From positions 79,298,001-79,362,000 of the forward strand of contig NC_043002.1 of assembly GCF_006345805.1 (NCBI RefSeq): a stretch of 64,000 nucleotides of DNA, written 5' to 3'. Origin of the DNA: Octopus sinensis (lineage: Eukaryota). The translations under genes and the position numbers were made by a program. The stretch's first letter is position 1. Every line of letters begins with the position of its first letter. The notes beneath the pieces are model-generated. The model made no database searches, was not told the DNA's origin, and saw only the letters and a list, made by a program, of their open reading frames with translations. Shown here piece by piece: positions 13,141 to 28,344 of this stretch.

Positions 13141-13686
13141 CAATAGAGCAACGTTTGTAGAAAATGTAGTAATATACTTCATTTTTATATATACTTTTTA
13201 AAGAAAAGAGAGAAAGAGAATGAACTTCATGTTATTGTCAGGAATGTGTGACACAAAACTGATACAAAGATATATTTTTGAAGTAACTATGTTACAAATA
13301 CTTTATAACACTCTTGTCTCTTACGGATTACACCCACAGGAACTTACTTGATACGACACTTCTCCATAAGGTCGTTCAAAGCCAGCTCATATAAACTAAA
13401 CGCTCTCAGCTATCTCTCTTCTATAAACACATGTGTACGACAAGGTTTCATCAACTACACAACACTCTTGTTAATGTTAAGTCAGCATCTTCAAAAATAA
13501 TGATTTCTCATATTGGATCAAAACCATAAATTATAAGAAAGCACTTCTAGTACTTGAATTGTACGTGCCAATATTGGAAGGAAGAAAGGCAGGGTTTGAT
13601 AATAAGTGATGCAAATAAATACAGAATGAGGATAAAAACCAACAAGTTACGCGTGTCATAAGGTTGTTGCCAAGCCGTCAGTCTTG

Positions 13687-14520
13687 TACAGGGTGAGGTA
13701 GAGAGAACGGAGATTTTTGAAAACTTCACAAAATCATTAATTTTAGCGGCAAACAAATTTTATTGACATCAATGTGTTCATATTGAATTAGCATTTGTCA
13801 AAATCAAGTGTGGAAAACAACATCCATCATGTGGTGACTGTTTTCACTGAGGCATTTCTAAAGGCTTTCTTGGAAGTTGGCCTCCACTCTCTTTAGCATT
13901 GCTCTGTCGATTTGGGCGACTTCCACGCGAATAGCTTCTTTCAAATCATCTAATGTAGGGGGCTTATGCGTATACACACGTGCCCTGAGGTTTCCCCACA
14001 AGAAATAATCACACATTGACAAATCAGGGGGCGAGCGGGGGCGAGGCAAGAAATGTCAGGGAACCTGGAAATGAGGCAGTCACTGAAGAGAGGGTAATGA
14101 AGCTCCATTGATACTCTGGCTGTGTGGGCCATCGCCCCACCCTTCTGAAACCACATACGTCGAATAGGCATACGTTTCCGTCGTAATTCAGGCGCAAAGA
14201 AGTTGTTTCTCATCTCAATGTAACGCTTGGAGTTCACAGTAACAGCATTTCTATTATTGTCTTCAAAAAAGTAAGGACCAATGACGGCAGCTTTTCCAAC
14301 AGCACACAAGAACGTGACTTTTTGACTGTGCAGTGGTCCTTCGTGCAGTTCTCTTGGATTTTCAAGAGCCTAATAACGACAATTCTGTTGATTTATCATA
14401 CTATTGTGATGAAAACGAGCTTCATCTCTCATTAACAAAATGAGGTTATCATATGCCTCAAAAATTGCTTCCATCTGACGTACGAAGTTAAGCCACAGTG
14501 CATAGTCCCATGGTTTCCCA
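13687..14520 (-). mobile_element. Tc1/mariner DD41D (rosa-type) transposase remnant with one TIR
   Basis: Translation gives DEARFH...NQQNCRY...PLHSQKVT..CA...IGPYFFED...WFQKGGAMAHT...PRSPPDLSMCDYFLWG. About 41 residues separate the second and third catalytic positions. The end is TA-cagggtg at 13687. Confidence 0.9.
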
Positions 14521-14975
14521 GGAAACTTGATGGTAAAATGTTTTAATTTTTTCATTTCGTTCCTGTCATTTATGTATGTATAAAACTTGATTGCGGGTGT
14601 GTGAGTGTATGTATAGTGTATACTTACGTATAAATATAAACTAATGTATATGTCTATAAGTATTTGTATTTTCTAACTTCGAATGAATGGTAACAGTTCG
14701 TGACTCCTTATCCCACAGTCTTAGGTCTTATTTCAACGACCCCTATGGTTTTAATGACCATGCTTGTTCCTTGCTGGCTTTTACCTGTCGGTCAGGACTA
14801 CAGACTAATTAAGACTATAGAGTAGCTAAGACAACCGAGACCCGAGAATATTTCACGGAATTAATGATAAATTAATGGTAGCCTGTGTTATGTCTGTATC
14901 AAAAGATGGTCGCTCATCTACTAATCATTAAAAAGTGAAGGAAACTGGAAGACGATGAATACTTAATGCAGTTGA

Positions 14976-15697
14976 TATATATATATATATATCATATAAA
15001 TTGGAGATGGGCGATCGTTGTATTCTTTCTTGTCTTGAGGTTCACAGCCAAACGGCTGAGTGGAATCGCGTGAAAAATGGCACACACGTAGGGATGGGTG
15101 CATAGATTGGAATGCGGTTTGTAATTTTTCCCTAGCCCCTATAGTTACCGAGAAAATGGATTAAAACGTTTTCTAATGGAATTCCCGTTTGTTCCATTAA
15201 AACAACCAGTTGCTCACACAGCCGGCATATACCATTTCGCTACCAACAAGGGGAGTACAGGATGACAGTCAGCCAAGATTTTGGCTATGCTGTCTCTCTT
15301 CTCTCTCACATACACATACGCAAGCCGGCACGCACACACACACCCACGTCCATTTCAGATATCTTCTTTCAATTTCTGTTCTCTGCAAATAAATTTTTTT
15401 ACGGATACAACTGCTTACAAAAATAGGGGTTAATGTATAATTTCTTTTTATGTTCATAATTAAATCAATGTTTTAATGATTAGACAGAGGTCCAATACAA
15501 TAGCTCTCAGAAACAGACTACGTACAATTTTTTTCTCCACAACTCCTGAAACTGTTTTCTGACAAGTGAGGAAACTCCAATCAAAACAGGAGACCCGAAA
15601 TGATAAGGTTGAGAAACGCTTTATAGATTATGCCTAACCGAAAACGATCACAGCTATATCATCCAAACAGACCGGGTGAAACCGGGCTTACCTGCTA

Positions 15698-15699
<2 letters not shown>
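14976..15699 (+). mobile_element. Non-autonomous Helitron
   Basis: The 3' GC-rich hairpin ccgg-gtgaaa-ccgg is followed by CTAG|T at 15695-15699. The 5' part has the Lep1-like motif cacagccaaacggctga...gaaaaatggcacacacgtag. It lies between TA runs. Confidence 0.7.
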
Positions 15700-15755
<56 letters not shown>

Positions 15756-15757
<2 letters not shown>

Positions 15758-15975
15758 TAGTAATCCCTTGCCATATTACGGTTCACCTATCCCGGTTTAT
15801 TAAGATTAAGTCCATTCCTCTGTGGTGTTATTTTGCATTTATGATAAAATATATACAACTTATATAAATAATATAAAAATATACAGTACAGTACTGTTTG
15901 TACTTCACGGATTTTCATCTATCGCGGGTATTATTTGGGAACGTAACACCTGCGATAGTCGAGGGATAACTGTAT
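15756..15975. mobile_element. pogo/Tigger-like MITE
   Basis: Imperfect TIRs tagtaatcccttg... and ...cgagggataactgta with TA flanks. Confidence 0.55.
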
Positions 15976-16664
15976 ACACTTTATATACTTTTTGCACAAT
16001 CTTATAGACTTAAACACAACACTCTCCCTCTTTCTCTCTCACTCTTCGTCTTACTTTCTTTTCCTCTTTCTTTTTTCTTTCACTCTTCGCCTTTACCTTC
16101 AACTAATCATGTGAAAGCGTTACAGACGGGCGAAGTAACGGAGGAAAAAAGAACTTGGTTTAAAAAAATTACACATTTCATTCACCATCACCTCTTTCTC
16201 CTCTCCCTTCCTTCCACCCCTCTCTCCCTCCACTTCCCTTCCCTTAACTCCACACGTCCATCCCCTTCCCCCTTCCTCCCTTCCCCTTCAACTAATGTGG
16301 GAGCGTTACGGACGGGCTAAGTAACGGAAGAACAAGCAGAATTATTATAAGATAACACCTTGGAAAAGTAGGATTGCTTTGACGTCGTTGCACTTAGAAT
16401 ATTCGTTTGTTTATTCACTTTCTCTTTAAATTCGATTATTCCTTTTAAAATATCACTTGTTCATCATGTTAGATGGTGAATAGGTCATCTAGTTTAACCT
16501 TATCAGTTTATATGTGCTTAAATTTACCTGATAATGGTGGGGATTTGCTACGATGTAACCTATGGGTGCATCAATAAAATGCTACCGAAACAGGTGTAGT
16601 AAATTTTGAGCCCCACTTGTGTTCTTACTCTTCTTATATACATAAGAACAAAAGTGGGATTTAC

Positions 16665-16695
<31 letters not shown>

Positions 16696-17231
16696 ACGCA
16701 CACACACATGATCAATGCAATTTTGTGTTGATATAGTTGTCAATGGAACTATGATATTCTAATTTCCGTGATATGTATAAATCGCTTTTTTTTTTCATAA
16801 TTTATTAAGATAAAGTAAAATATTTTTCAAAACGGAGTGCATTTTTGTGTCCAACTGAAATGCACAAACTGACATTAAACGGAATAAAATTGAAATTAAT
16901 ACATAAATATATGATAAAGTTAATTCCGAGAATGCTGATTTAATGTCTATACATTCATTATAAAACGCTTCTAATATAACAAATAAGATTACGTACGAAA
17001 ATCATTTGTTGACATAATTAGAATTGACAAATTTATAAAGAAGCGGCAACAAGTATAGAAAGGGTTTTTAAGATTCTTACAAATCTATATATGATGTACA
17101 TCACATGCATTTTCAACAACTGGAATAACTTGTGTCACATGACGTAACTTAAATTTAAGCTATGTATAAATAACGTTTCCTGTGTAAATGTCTCACAACG
17201 ATTTTTTGTCTGGTGTTGCTTGTACACGTAT

Positions 17232-17274
<43 letters not shown>

Positions 17275-17281
17275 CATACAT

Positions 17282-17316
<35 letters not shown>

Positions 17317-17572
17317 TATATATATACGTATATAGATACATAGATATATTCATAAATACACACACAAGCTCTGACAGAGATACATACGTACGTAAGTAGG
17401 TACAAACACACATGTATGTAAACATACATGGATATGCATATATTATATACATACATATACATACACATATATATATATATATATGATTACACACCATATA
17501 CATAAGTATGATGCATGTATATATATATACACATAGATACATACATATATATATATATATATACATAATTAG

Positions 17573-17605
<33 letters not shown>

Positions 17606-17606
17606 C

Positions 17607-17716
<110 letters not shown>

Positions 17717-17719
17717 TAT

Positions 17720-18886
17720 TATATACAAACATACATAGATACACACATATAGATATATACACACACATGTATTTATATACGCATTTGTTTTTGTTAGTAC
17801 GTCAAGACAGATACGATAGAAGAAAGACAGTGCGGTGTAAATGTATATTTAGTTATCAATTGATGAGCGCATTTAAATATCAATTCCACCGTTATATTAG
17901 CAGAATACAAATCACCTATTATATACAAATAGATCAATGCAACGCTATAGGCTCTATAAACACGCACAGCTCACTCATACAGCAATGTAATATGTACACT
18001 CATACATGCACCAGGCTTGTATACACGCATGCGTTTACAAATGCACGCACTATATATAAATTAATAGACATATTCATAGGTATATTTAAGAAGATATTTA
18101 TGTATATTCTAATGCATGATGTGTGTCAATACATACATGCATACATACATACATACATACATACATACATACATACATACATACATACGTACATACATAC
18201 ATACATACACACGCACACATACACACATATATATGCGTGTGTATATAACTGTATATTACATATATATATGCTTATATATTATATATAATATATATATATA
18301 TATATATTATATATACATATATTATATATATACAAACATACATAGATACACACATATAGATATATACACACACATGTATTTATATACGCATTTGTTTGTG
18401 TTAGTACGTCCAAGACAGATACGATAGAAGAAAGACAGTGCGGTGTAAATGTATATTTAGTTATCAATTGATGAGCGCATTTAAATATCAATTCCACCGT
18501 TATATTAGCAGAATAAAACAAATCACCTATTATATACAAATAGATCAATGCAACGCTATAGGCTCTATAAACACGCACAGCTCACTCATACAGCAATGTA
18601 ATATGTACACTCATACATGCACCAGGCTTGTATACACGCATGCGTTTCACAATGCACGCACTATATATAAATTAATAGACATATTCATAGGTATATTTAA
18701 GAAGATATTTATGTATATTCTAATGCATGATGTGTGTCAATACATACATGCATACATACATACATACATACATACATCTACATACATACATACATACATA
18801 CATACATACATACATACACACGCACACATACACACATATATATGCGTGTGTATATAACTGTATATATACATATATATATGCTTATA

Positions 18887-18900
<14 letters not shown>
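17720..18900. repeat. Near-identical ~610-bp tandem duplication
   Basis: The block atgtatttatatacgcatttgttt...gcttata occurs at about 17767 and 18373. The copies differ mainly by 1-3 nt indels. Confidence 0.9.
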
Positions 18901-18937
<37 letters not shown>

Positions 18938-18940
<3 letters not shown>

Positions 18941-19240
18941 AGGAGCAATGGCCTAGTGGTTAGGGCAGCGGACGCGCGGTCGTAGGATCGCGGTTTCGAT
19001 TCCCAGACCGGGTGTTGTGAGTGTTTATTGAGAGGAAACACCTAAAAGCTCCACGAAGCTCCGGCAGGGGGTGGTGATCCCTGCTGTACTCTTTCACCAC
19101 TCTTTCTCTCACTCTTTCTTCTGTTGGCCTGCTCGCTTAGCCAGCGGGGTGGCGTCATTCGAAGGCTAAAACAATGCGAATGCATTGTGACCAGCGATGT
19201 GTAGCAACATCTGATGGTCTGGTCGGTCACGTCATCACGT
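18938..19240 (+). mobile_element. tRNA-derived SINE (OR-like family D), full length
   Basis: A box tggcctagtgg and B box ggtttcgattccc, followed by a body shared with 41133-41495. Confidence 0.85.
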
Positions 19241-19519
19241 GATATACACATATATATAAAGGTATATACATACACATATATATATAAATGTATAGACACA
19301 CGTATATATACACACATACGTATTCATACATACATACATTAAATACGTATATATATATGTGTGTGTGTGTAGACACAGATATATGTACACATACGTATTG
19401 ATGTATGTATGTACAAAAAGGTTTTCATATATAATGTAATACACACTATATATATAAAACTTTATTATCTGTCTATATATAAATCTTTCTTACTTTCACT
19501 CTCTGTCTCTCTACACACG

Positions 19520-20210
19520 CACATACACACACACATATATATACATGATGAGGCATATATATATGGATATACACACATATGCATAAATACATACATATAT
19601 ACATACATACATACATACATACATAAATACAAACATACATATATGTATACTTATATATTTACATGAATATATATATATGCATTTACATGTATATATATTT
19701 ATATATTATATATATACATACGTATTCATACGCTGCATGACCTGCTACCATACACAAAATATATGCGTAGGCAAATGTGTGTTTCTGTATACACACGCAC
19801 GCGCACACACACGCACACACACATACACACACACATCACACACAAATATACATATATACATGCATCTCTCACTCTCTCTCTATATATATATGCATATATA
19901 TATATATATATATATGCCTTCTGCATCGTTAAGCATATTTTCATATGTGCTTGCATGTCTTACTAGGCGATGAAAACGGCATACAGCTACATACTGCCTT
20001 TTTTGCCGTATCAGCTTGTTACGTTTCTAGAAATAATTGATAGTTCTCTTCTGGTCTACACTATACACTGCTTATAGAAAAGCAATCCGTTTCAACGGAA
20101 TTGTCTTAGATACGCCAAATATATTCAATTCTAACCAATATTTGGTATTGTACATTATATAGATGTATATATATATGTATATATATATATATATATATAT
20201 GTGATATAAT

Positions 20211-20255
<45 letters not shown>

Positions 20256-20287
20256 TATATAGTATATATATATATATATGTATATAG

Positions 20288-20335
<48 letters not shown>

Positions 20336-20430
20336 AATATGTATGTATATATATGTATATATATATACATATGTATTATATATATACATATGTATATATA
20401 TAAGATAATATAATTAATATATTACATATG

Positions 20431-20461
<31 letters not shown>

Positions 20462-20847
20462 ACACACACATATATATATATATACATACACACCACACAT
20501 ATATATACATGATGAGGCATATATATATGGATATACACACATATGCATAAATACATACATATATACATACATACATACATACATACATAAATACAAACAT
20601 ACATATATGTATACTTATATATTTACTGAATATATATATATGCATTTACATGTATATATATTATATATATATATACATACGTATTCATACGCTGCATGAC
20701 CTGCTACCATACACAAATATGCGTAGGCAAATGTGTGTTTCTGTATACACACGCACGCGCACACACACGCACCACACATACACACACACATCACACACAA
20801 ATATACATATATACATGCATCTCTCACTCTCTCTCTATATATATATA

Positions 20848-20883
<36 letters not shown>

Positions 20884-21125
20884 ATATAGCCTTCTGCATC
20901 GTTAAGCATATTTTCATATTCTGCATGTCTTACTAGGCGATGAAAACGGCATACAGCTACATACTGCCTTTTTTGCCGTAATCAGCTTGTTACGTTTCTA
21001 GAAATAATTGATAGTTCTCTTCTGGTCTACACTATACAACTGCTTATAGAAAAGCAATCCGTTTCAACGGAATTTCTTAGATACGCCAAATATATTCAAT
21101 TCTAACCAATATTTGGTATTGTACA
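19520..21125. repeat. Near-identical ~640-bp direct duplication separated by a (TA)n tract
   Basis: catgatgaggcatat...tttggtattgtacat occurs at about 19543-20155 and 20508-21126. The copies differ mostly by single-base indels. Confidence 0.9.
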
Positions 21126-21158
21126 TATATATTATGTATATATATATGTATATATTAT

Positions 21159-21206
<48 letters not shown>

Positions 21207-21237
21207 ATTATATATATATATATAATATATTATATAT

Positions 21238-21307
<70 letters not shown>

Positions 21308-21351
21308 ATGTATGTAATATGTATATATATTACATATGTATATATATATAC

Positions 21352-21395
<44 letters not shown>

Positions 21396-21513
21396 GTATA
21401 TATATATATATATACACATACACACACACACACATATATATATACATACACCACACACACAGACACACAACACACACACACAACACACACACACCACACA
21501 CCCACACATATAT

Positions 21514-21552
<39 letters not shown>

Positions 21553-21873
21553 GTGTGTGTGCGTGTGTTTATAAGTTGTTTATTTTTTTCGCTTGGTTTC
21601 TGCATGCTACATTACTCATTTTCATGAGGCACGTGACCATCTGATCGAGATATATATATATATATTTTGATGGATGATTTACGATGTATTATTTCTGATA
21701 CTTTAATCGTCAGTCGTATTTAAAGCACATATGCCGCCTGCTAAATTTGCTGTAATGATCTTAGGGTGAAGGGTTAGGTGTGAGGGAAGAGGGTGGGTTA
21801 AGAAAATTATTTCAACTAAATACTGAACAAGGAAATTTTAAAACTTATACTATATTTATTCATGTAGTTTAGC

Positions 21874-21909
<36 letters not shown>

Positions 21910-22035
21910 TATACATACATAAAACATACACACACACACACACATGTGTTACATATATTCATATACTTATGTACATGCACACATATGCGTACATATACCT
22001 ATAAATACATACATACACATATTAAAATACACACA

Positions 22036-22069
<34 letters not shown>

Positions 22070-22081
22070 ATATATATATAT

Positions 22082-22124
<43 letters not shown>

Positions 22125-22289
22125 TATTATATATGCGTTTATCAATTTGTGTTGCAAGATTCTTGATGCGAAGTCGTGTGTTGAAACAGATATTGTAGTA
22201 TTTCAGTACGGCCACCTTTTTTGTTTTCTTGCCAAATAATCATATGCACTTTATATTCGTTCTTCATTTGTTTATTACTGTTCTTATTC

Positions 22290-22938
22290 TAACTCATGTC
22301 CATTGTCCGGAATTAAGCTTCTCAGCGACACTTTCTGTCTTCGTGTGTGCTCTTTGTCTGCTTATTGCAATGGAATAAGAACAGTAATAAAGAATAAAAA
22401 GTGTAATAAATGAGTGAAGAACGAATATATAGTGCGTGTGTTTATTTGGCAAAAGAAAATATAATGACCACCCCGAAGTGGAACAATACATGATGGTCTT
22501 TCGTGACTGTTCACCAAACATTATCAATTGGCTCCTCGTTTTGACTTGTGGATGGTCTGTCAGAGAGTGCCTCACTCTCAGTTGAAGCGAAACATGTTTT
22601 AATTGGTTGTATCACACCTGGATCCGAGTGTTGCCCATGACATCAACAACAAAGGCTACTGAAACTTCTCCAAGATTCGAGCTTGAGTATAACAAAGGTT
22701 TTAGCAAAACTTGATGCCATATCTCTGCGTTCGGTGATAACGCAAATCAACAAGCACGCACTGCATGTCTCTAGTCTTGGCGTAACAAATGAGAACTGAT
22801 GCGCTCTAGCGGCGTGAAAATTTTCAGGCATGCGTAGAAAGGGTGACGTCACCTCCAACTCAAAGGATTTTGCTCACGCAGCACTAGATTTGGCGGGAAA
22901 AATTAAACTCAGATGCATTTTGAACACACCTCGTATAT
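22290..22938 (-). mobile_element. Mariner 5' fragment (TIR plus HTH domain)
   Basis: TIR TA-cgaggtgtgttcaaaa ends at 22938. Translation gives IKFC*NL...DVMGNTRI...TESEALSDRPSTSQNEE (~RSGRPSTS). Confidence 0.8.
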
Positions 22939-23042
22939 AGAATCTAAGTGATTATTCAGTTACTAATATCGCAATACTGACTCTGTTATCATTAATTATT
23001 AAAAACGAACTGTTTCAAATAATAATAATAATAATAATAATA

Positions 23043-23086
<44 letters not shown>

Positions 23087-23756
23087 TATAATATTAATAT
23101 ATAATATATATATATATATATATGCTTATATAGATACACACACACACATACACACATACACACATACACACACACTCAAACACATACACATATACACATA
23201 TGTGTATATGTGAATGTGTGCGTGCCAGTGGGTCTAAGTGGGGTACAAACAGGTGGACGGGAAAATCAATGTATTATACGAGAGTTTCGCACGGTTGTAG
23301 ACTTTCTGAAATAGGGGGCACGAAATATTTTTTGGCACGAACATGTACTCCCTTTGTAACTCCTGTACCTTTCTGAACTGAATTTTATGTATACATATAT
23401 GTATGCACATAGGTGTGTATGTATATACGAATATATATATACACATGCATATATGTGTATTCGTATATATTGATCTATAATCAATGCTAGTAATATACAT
23501 ACATGTATAGGTATATATACAAGCATGTGTGTATATATACACATTCACAAATACATATGTATTTCTACACGTATATACGTGTTTTTTATATATGTATATA
23601 TATACGTATATATGTGCATACCTATATATATATACACGCCTGTATACACTGTACATATATATATATATATGTATATATATGTGTCTATCTATTATCTAAC
23701 TATATATAAACAGTATATTAATGTGTGTATATATATATATATGTGTATATATATAC

Positions 23757-23809
<53 letters not shown>

Positions 23810-24378
23810 AATGTATATACATGTATATATAAATATGTATATATGTATATTTACACACACACACATATATATATATAAATGTATGTTTATATATGAAAAT
23901 ATATATATGGATAAATACACATATATATATGTATATATGTAGGTATATAAAATATACCAATATATACACCGATACACAAGCTCGCGCGCTCACACACACA
24001 TACACACGCGCGTACATATATATTTTACGTCATGACATCTTGAAGGTGAGATATGTTAGTCACGGTGCTGATATGTTTAGAAGGCCATAATCAAGTCGAA
24101 TACAGGCCATAAAACTACAACACTAATGCTTCGGCAATACTTAAGCATTTCTTAACCGTTGTGTCAAGTAGTTAAACGTCTAGCGTTAATGGCGTTTAAA
24201 AACTTCAGCTAATCACAATTCTTGATCTTAAGCACGGTCTAAGAATGTTTATGGTCAATTTTGTGAATAATTATAAGCTATTTGAACATATTATCTTTAG
24301 CTTTTAGGGGCTCTGGTTGCTTTCTTTACAATTAATATCTTGGCTTCTCCGTATATGTAGATAGAAATATATATATAT

Positions 24379-24428
<50 letters not shown>

Positions 24429-25086
24429 TATACATATGTATAAATATGTAGGTATATACATACATATACACACAATCATATCCATAGACACATGCATGTA
24501 CGTATGTATGTATGTATACTTTTATATATATATATAAATATATATATATATGCATGTATATATGTATACATACGTACACTGATATCACCAGATACACATA
24601 TACATATATATATATATATATACACACATATGTGTTTATATATAGACCCCACATATATACACGTGTAAATATATATATATAAACATATACACATGTATAT
24701 TGGTATGTCGATATTACGTATATATATTTTATTATGTATGTATGTATATATGTGTATATATATATATATGTGTGCGTGTGTGTGTGTGTGTGTGATTGTG
24801 TGTGTGTGAGTGTATGTGTGTGTGTGTTTTATACACAAATGAAATATAAGTGTCTTTGTGTCTGCATTATGTATCTATGTACGTTAGTATATTTCTGCGC
24901 ACGCGCGGGTGAATGCGTGTGTAAAATCTTATTCCTTAAATATGTACCGTGTATATCAATTGTGTTTGCATCAACACTTAATTAAAAATATATAAAAATA
25001 TAAACATGCCTTATTTGTTCAATCTTCACATTAACCTTGAAGCATTTTCACTTTAGTGTTTGCCTATATATACACACATATATACT

Positions 25087-25123
<37 letters not shown>

Positions 25124-25218
25124 ATATATTATATATATATATACATATATAAACATATGTATATATATATATATACATATATAAACATATGTATATATAT
25201 ATATATATATATATAAAC

Positions 25219-25257
<39 letters not shown>

Positions 25258-25287
25258 TAAAATATGTGTGTATATATATATATAAAC

Positions 25288-25362
<75 letters not shown>

Positions 25363-25869
25363 ATACATACATACATACATACATACATACATACATACAT
25401 ACATACATACATACATTACATACATACATATACCATTGGATGTGCTTGACGCGCAACAGTTATACTCAATAGGTATTGGCTCTAATGTTAATCACGTTAA
25501 ACTCCCGCTGTCGCTTGTAGACACAAGCTGTCCATAACCGAGGGTTGGCTGTGACGTAATACAAAGAGGAATCGAATTCTTCTTTTTTGATTGTCTGACA
25601 CGACTTTCGCTTCACGCTTGACGTTATGTGTTGCCGGATTCTGAAACACATGTTTTAAATGGAATAAAGGTGTACCAAGGCCCATGTTTTTCTCTCTTAT
25701 TATTGTATGTATAAAAATGTTAGTTAAAATTATTTCGCATAATATAATTCAAAAGAATGTTTTGCGTATTCTTTTTCAGAAACGTTCCTTACTTATATGA
25801 AAATATGAGTGGGGAGTGATTATTTTACTGCTTGACACAGACAATAGGCGAAATATAAAGTCCTTGTAC

Positions 25870-27150
25870 TATATGATAATCATATATAGAGGGCCATGTA
25901 AAACACGTCGAAGGAAATTAGAAAAAGCGTGGTGAGTAGCTGGAAGTATCGTTATACTAGAAAAAGCAGAAGATGCGAGAGAAACAAGTGGTATAAGGTT
26001 CGTTGTAAGCATTGTATAGGCGTCGAAAATTGTTTCTTGCCACATGCCATCATGACCCACCGGAGTGCTAAACGTACACCTCTCAACAAATGCCACCCTG
26101 AAGATCATTTAGATCTATGCTCCAACAAATGTGAGTGAAGTCGACGATGTGTAAGAATTCTACCAAGAGCTAGAGAAATTGCTAGTATACAAATCCATTC
26201 ACACCACAGTGATGGGAGATTTCAACGCAAAGTTTGTAAAGGAACGACAGGGAGAGAAGTATGTTGGTAAACTGGGATCAGGAAAATGAAGCAAAAGAGG
26301 AGAATGTTTGGGTACCATGGCGGAAACAAGAAGACTTTTCATCTGAAACAACACATATAGGAAATAACCTGAAATGAGATGGACCTGGATAACCTCAAAC
26401 GCTCAACGCAAAAATTGACTCCATCCTGGTCGATAAACGACGAATACTGCAGGATGTCCCCTGTGGTAGTGCCAGTCAACGCAGGCAATGGCCATCTTTT
26501 GGTACTGGCGAAGATCGCGATCAATGAAACCAGTAAGAAAACGCTGTGCACATCTCAATGAAGAATCAACGCGTCAAGGCCTTTGATACGTAACAGTTGC
26601 TTGAAGCTATTAAGAAGGAAATTTGGTGTCAACTTGAAGTGCTCGATGAGGACTACGTTTTGCTGTTACAGAAAATTACAAGTTGCATTCGGAAAGCAAA
26701 AACTGTAAGCCAGTTCGGAGGAGACGAAGAAAACGCCAATGAAACGGAAAACTATGAGGAGTAACCTAAAAGATCACCTCAAGTACTCCATTCTCTGCAA
26801 AGCGATCAGATAACATCTAAGAAATGACTCCGAGAATTACAGACTGAAGAAATTGATGCAGGCTGCAGGAGAAAGAAAAGTTTAAGAAGATGCAGAAGAG
26901 GGTGGCACTCTATAGGTTGGAGGTGACGTCGCTTGAACAAGGATAGTTTCAGGGTGACAGACAAAGGAGAAATGTAGGAGGCATGGAAAATCTTCTACAC
27001 CAACCATTTTAAATCACCAGTGAAGCTCATCACCACAAATTGGAATGTGTGCCACATATTCTGATCAGTGAAACCGAAAATGTCTTCAAATTGATGAAAA
27101 CAGACACAACTCCTGGGAAAGATGGCATTACAACAGAGATGCTAAGATTT
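25870..27150 (+). mobile_element. RTE-clade LINE remnant (AP endonuclease to start of RT)
   Basis: Motifs LKII*IYAPT, VMGDFNAK, RWTW, IDSILVD, GNGHLLV (~GSDHRLV) and TPGKDGITTEML, with many stops. Confidence 0.9.
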
Positions 27151-27199
27151 TTTTTTAAACCTTTGTATGCTATGCATATGCCCCTTCTTTTCCAGTGTA

Positions 27200-28290
27200 T
27201 ACCGTGTATACTTTTTTAAAAATCATTTCATTATTATATGTAAATTTCCTCCTTAATTAATGCCCAGATATTAATTGCGGTAATCAAATGTTTGGCATTC
27301 AGATTAGATTTCAACACCATCTTCACCCTGTTTTGATACGCCTCGCTGAACTTGACTTTCATTTCTCTCTGTAGAATGTCATCCAGCTCCAAAATCCCTA
27401 ATTGTCTTTACCCACTACCGTCCGGTTAACCCATCGTCTCTCGCGATAGTAAGCGCAGTCTCCTGCAGGCTGCTTACTGAGCACTTTGTGATCCCAAATT
27501 CCATACCGATGTCGCTACCACACTTCTGGACTGTGTCGGTTAAGGAATCTATCTGTTTTCCAGATTTCCCAAACAATTTCAGGTCATCCATAAACAGAAG
27601 ATGGTTCAATGATGGGTCTATCTTCCCACATCTGTAACCCATCTTAACTTTGTCTCCTAACGTCTCCTAACGTTCCGAAAAATTGCTTCGGGTTATTCTT
27701 GAACAATATGTTCTCCTCGAACTGCTTATTTCTGTTCACAAATCTTGTGATCTTCTGGCTTTTTGCCATAATACTCTGTTTTACTGTTCTATTTATTACT
27801 GCATCAAACTCGTTCTTCCGTATTTTATTTTTCTTCTCTTATATTTCTCGGTTGGTCTTTTCTATATTCTTCCAGTTTCCTCTTAACCATTGCTCAATTT
27901 TTCCTAGATCTTGCCTTGCCCGCATCATGTCCCTTTCAATGCATCGTTTCCACCATGATTCCTTTTGCTCTACCATCTTTTGATCTTAAGTTTTTAATTT
28001 CTCCTCAACAAGTAGCGCAATAGTTCGGAGAAGGCTCCTTGTTTGTGTTATGTCCTCCGTCTGGATGTATGATATGACAGTTTTTATCTTTTGTGTTACT
28101 TTATTTATCATACTCCTATCTACCCTTCTCATATTCACGGGGATTTTTCTTCTGGAGTATTCATCAAGTCGCTGAGTCGTCTTTGAATTTCAAGGAATTC
28201 ATTATCTAGTTGGTCCATTTCCCCTGCATGTCCACCCACCACACTATCAGGGTTCATTGTATAACGTTCCTGTTCCTCATCCTTAACATA
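27200..28290 (-). mobile_element. R4/Dong-like LINE remnant (RT C-terminal motifs joined to the N-terminal region)
   Basis: LNHLLFMDDLKLFGKS..QIDSL..TV...SDIGMEFGITKC and LGILELDDI. A 10-bp duplication tctcctaacg at 27653-27672 marks the apparent deletion junction. Confidence 0.85.
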
Positions 28291-28344
28291 TCATCATCAT
28301 CATCATCATCATTATTATTATCATTATTATTATTACCATTTTTG

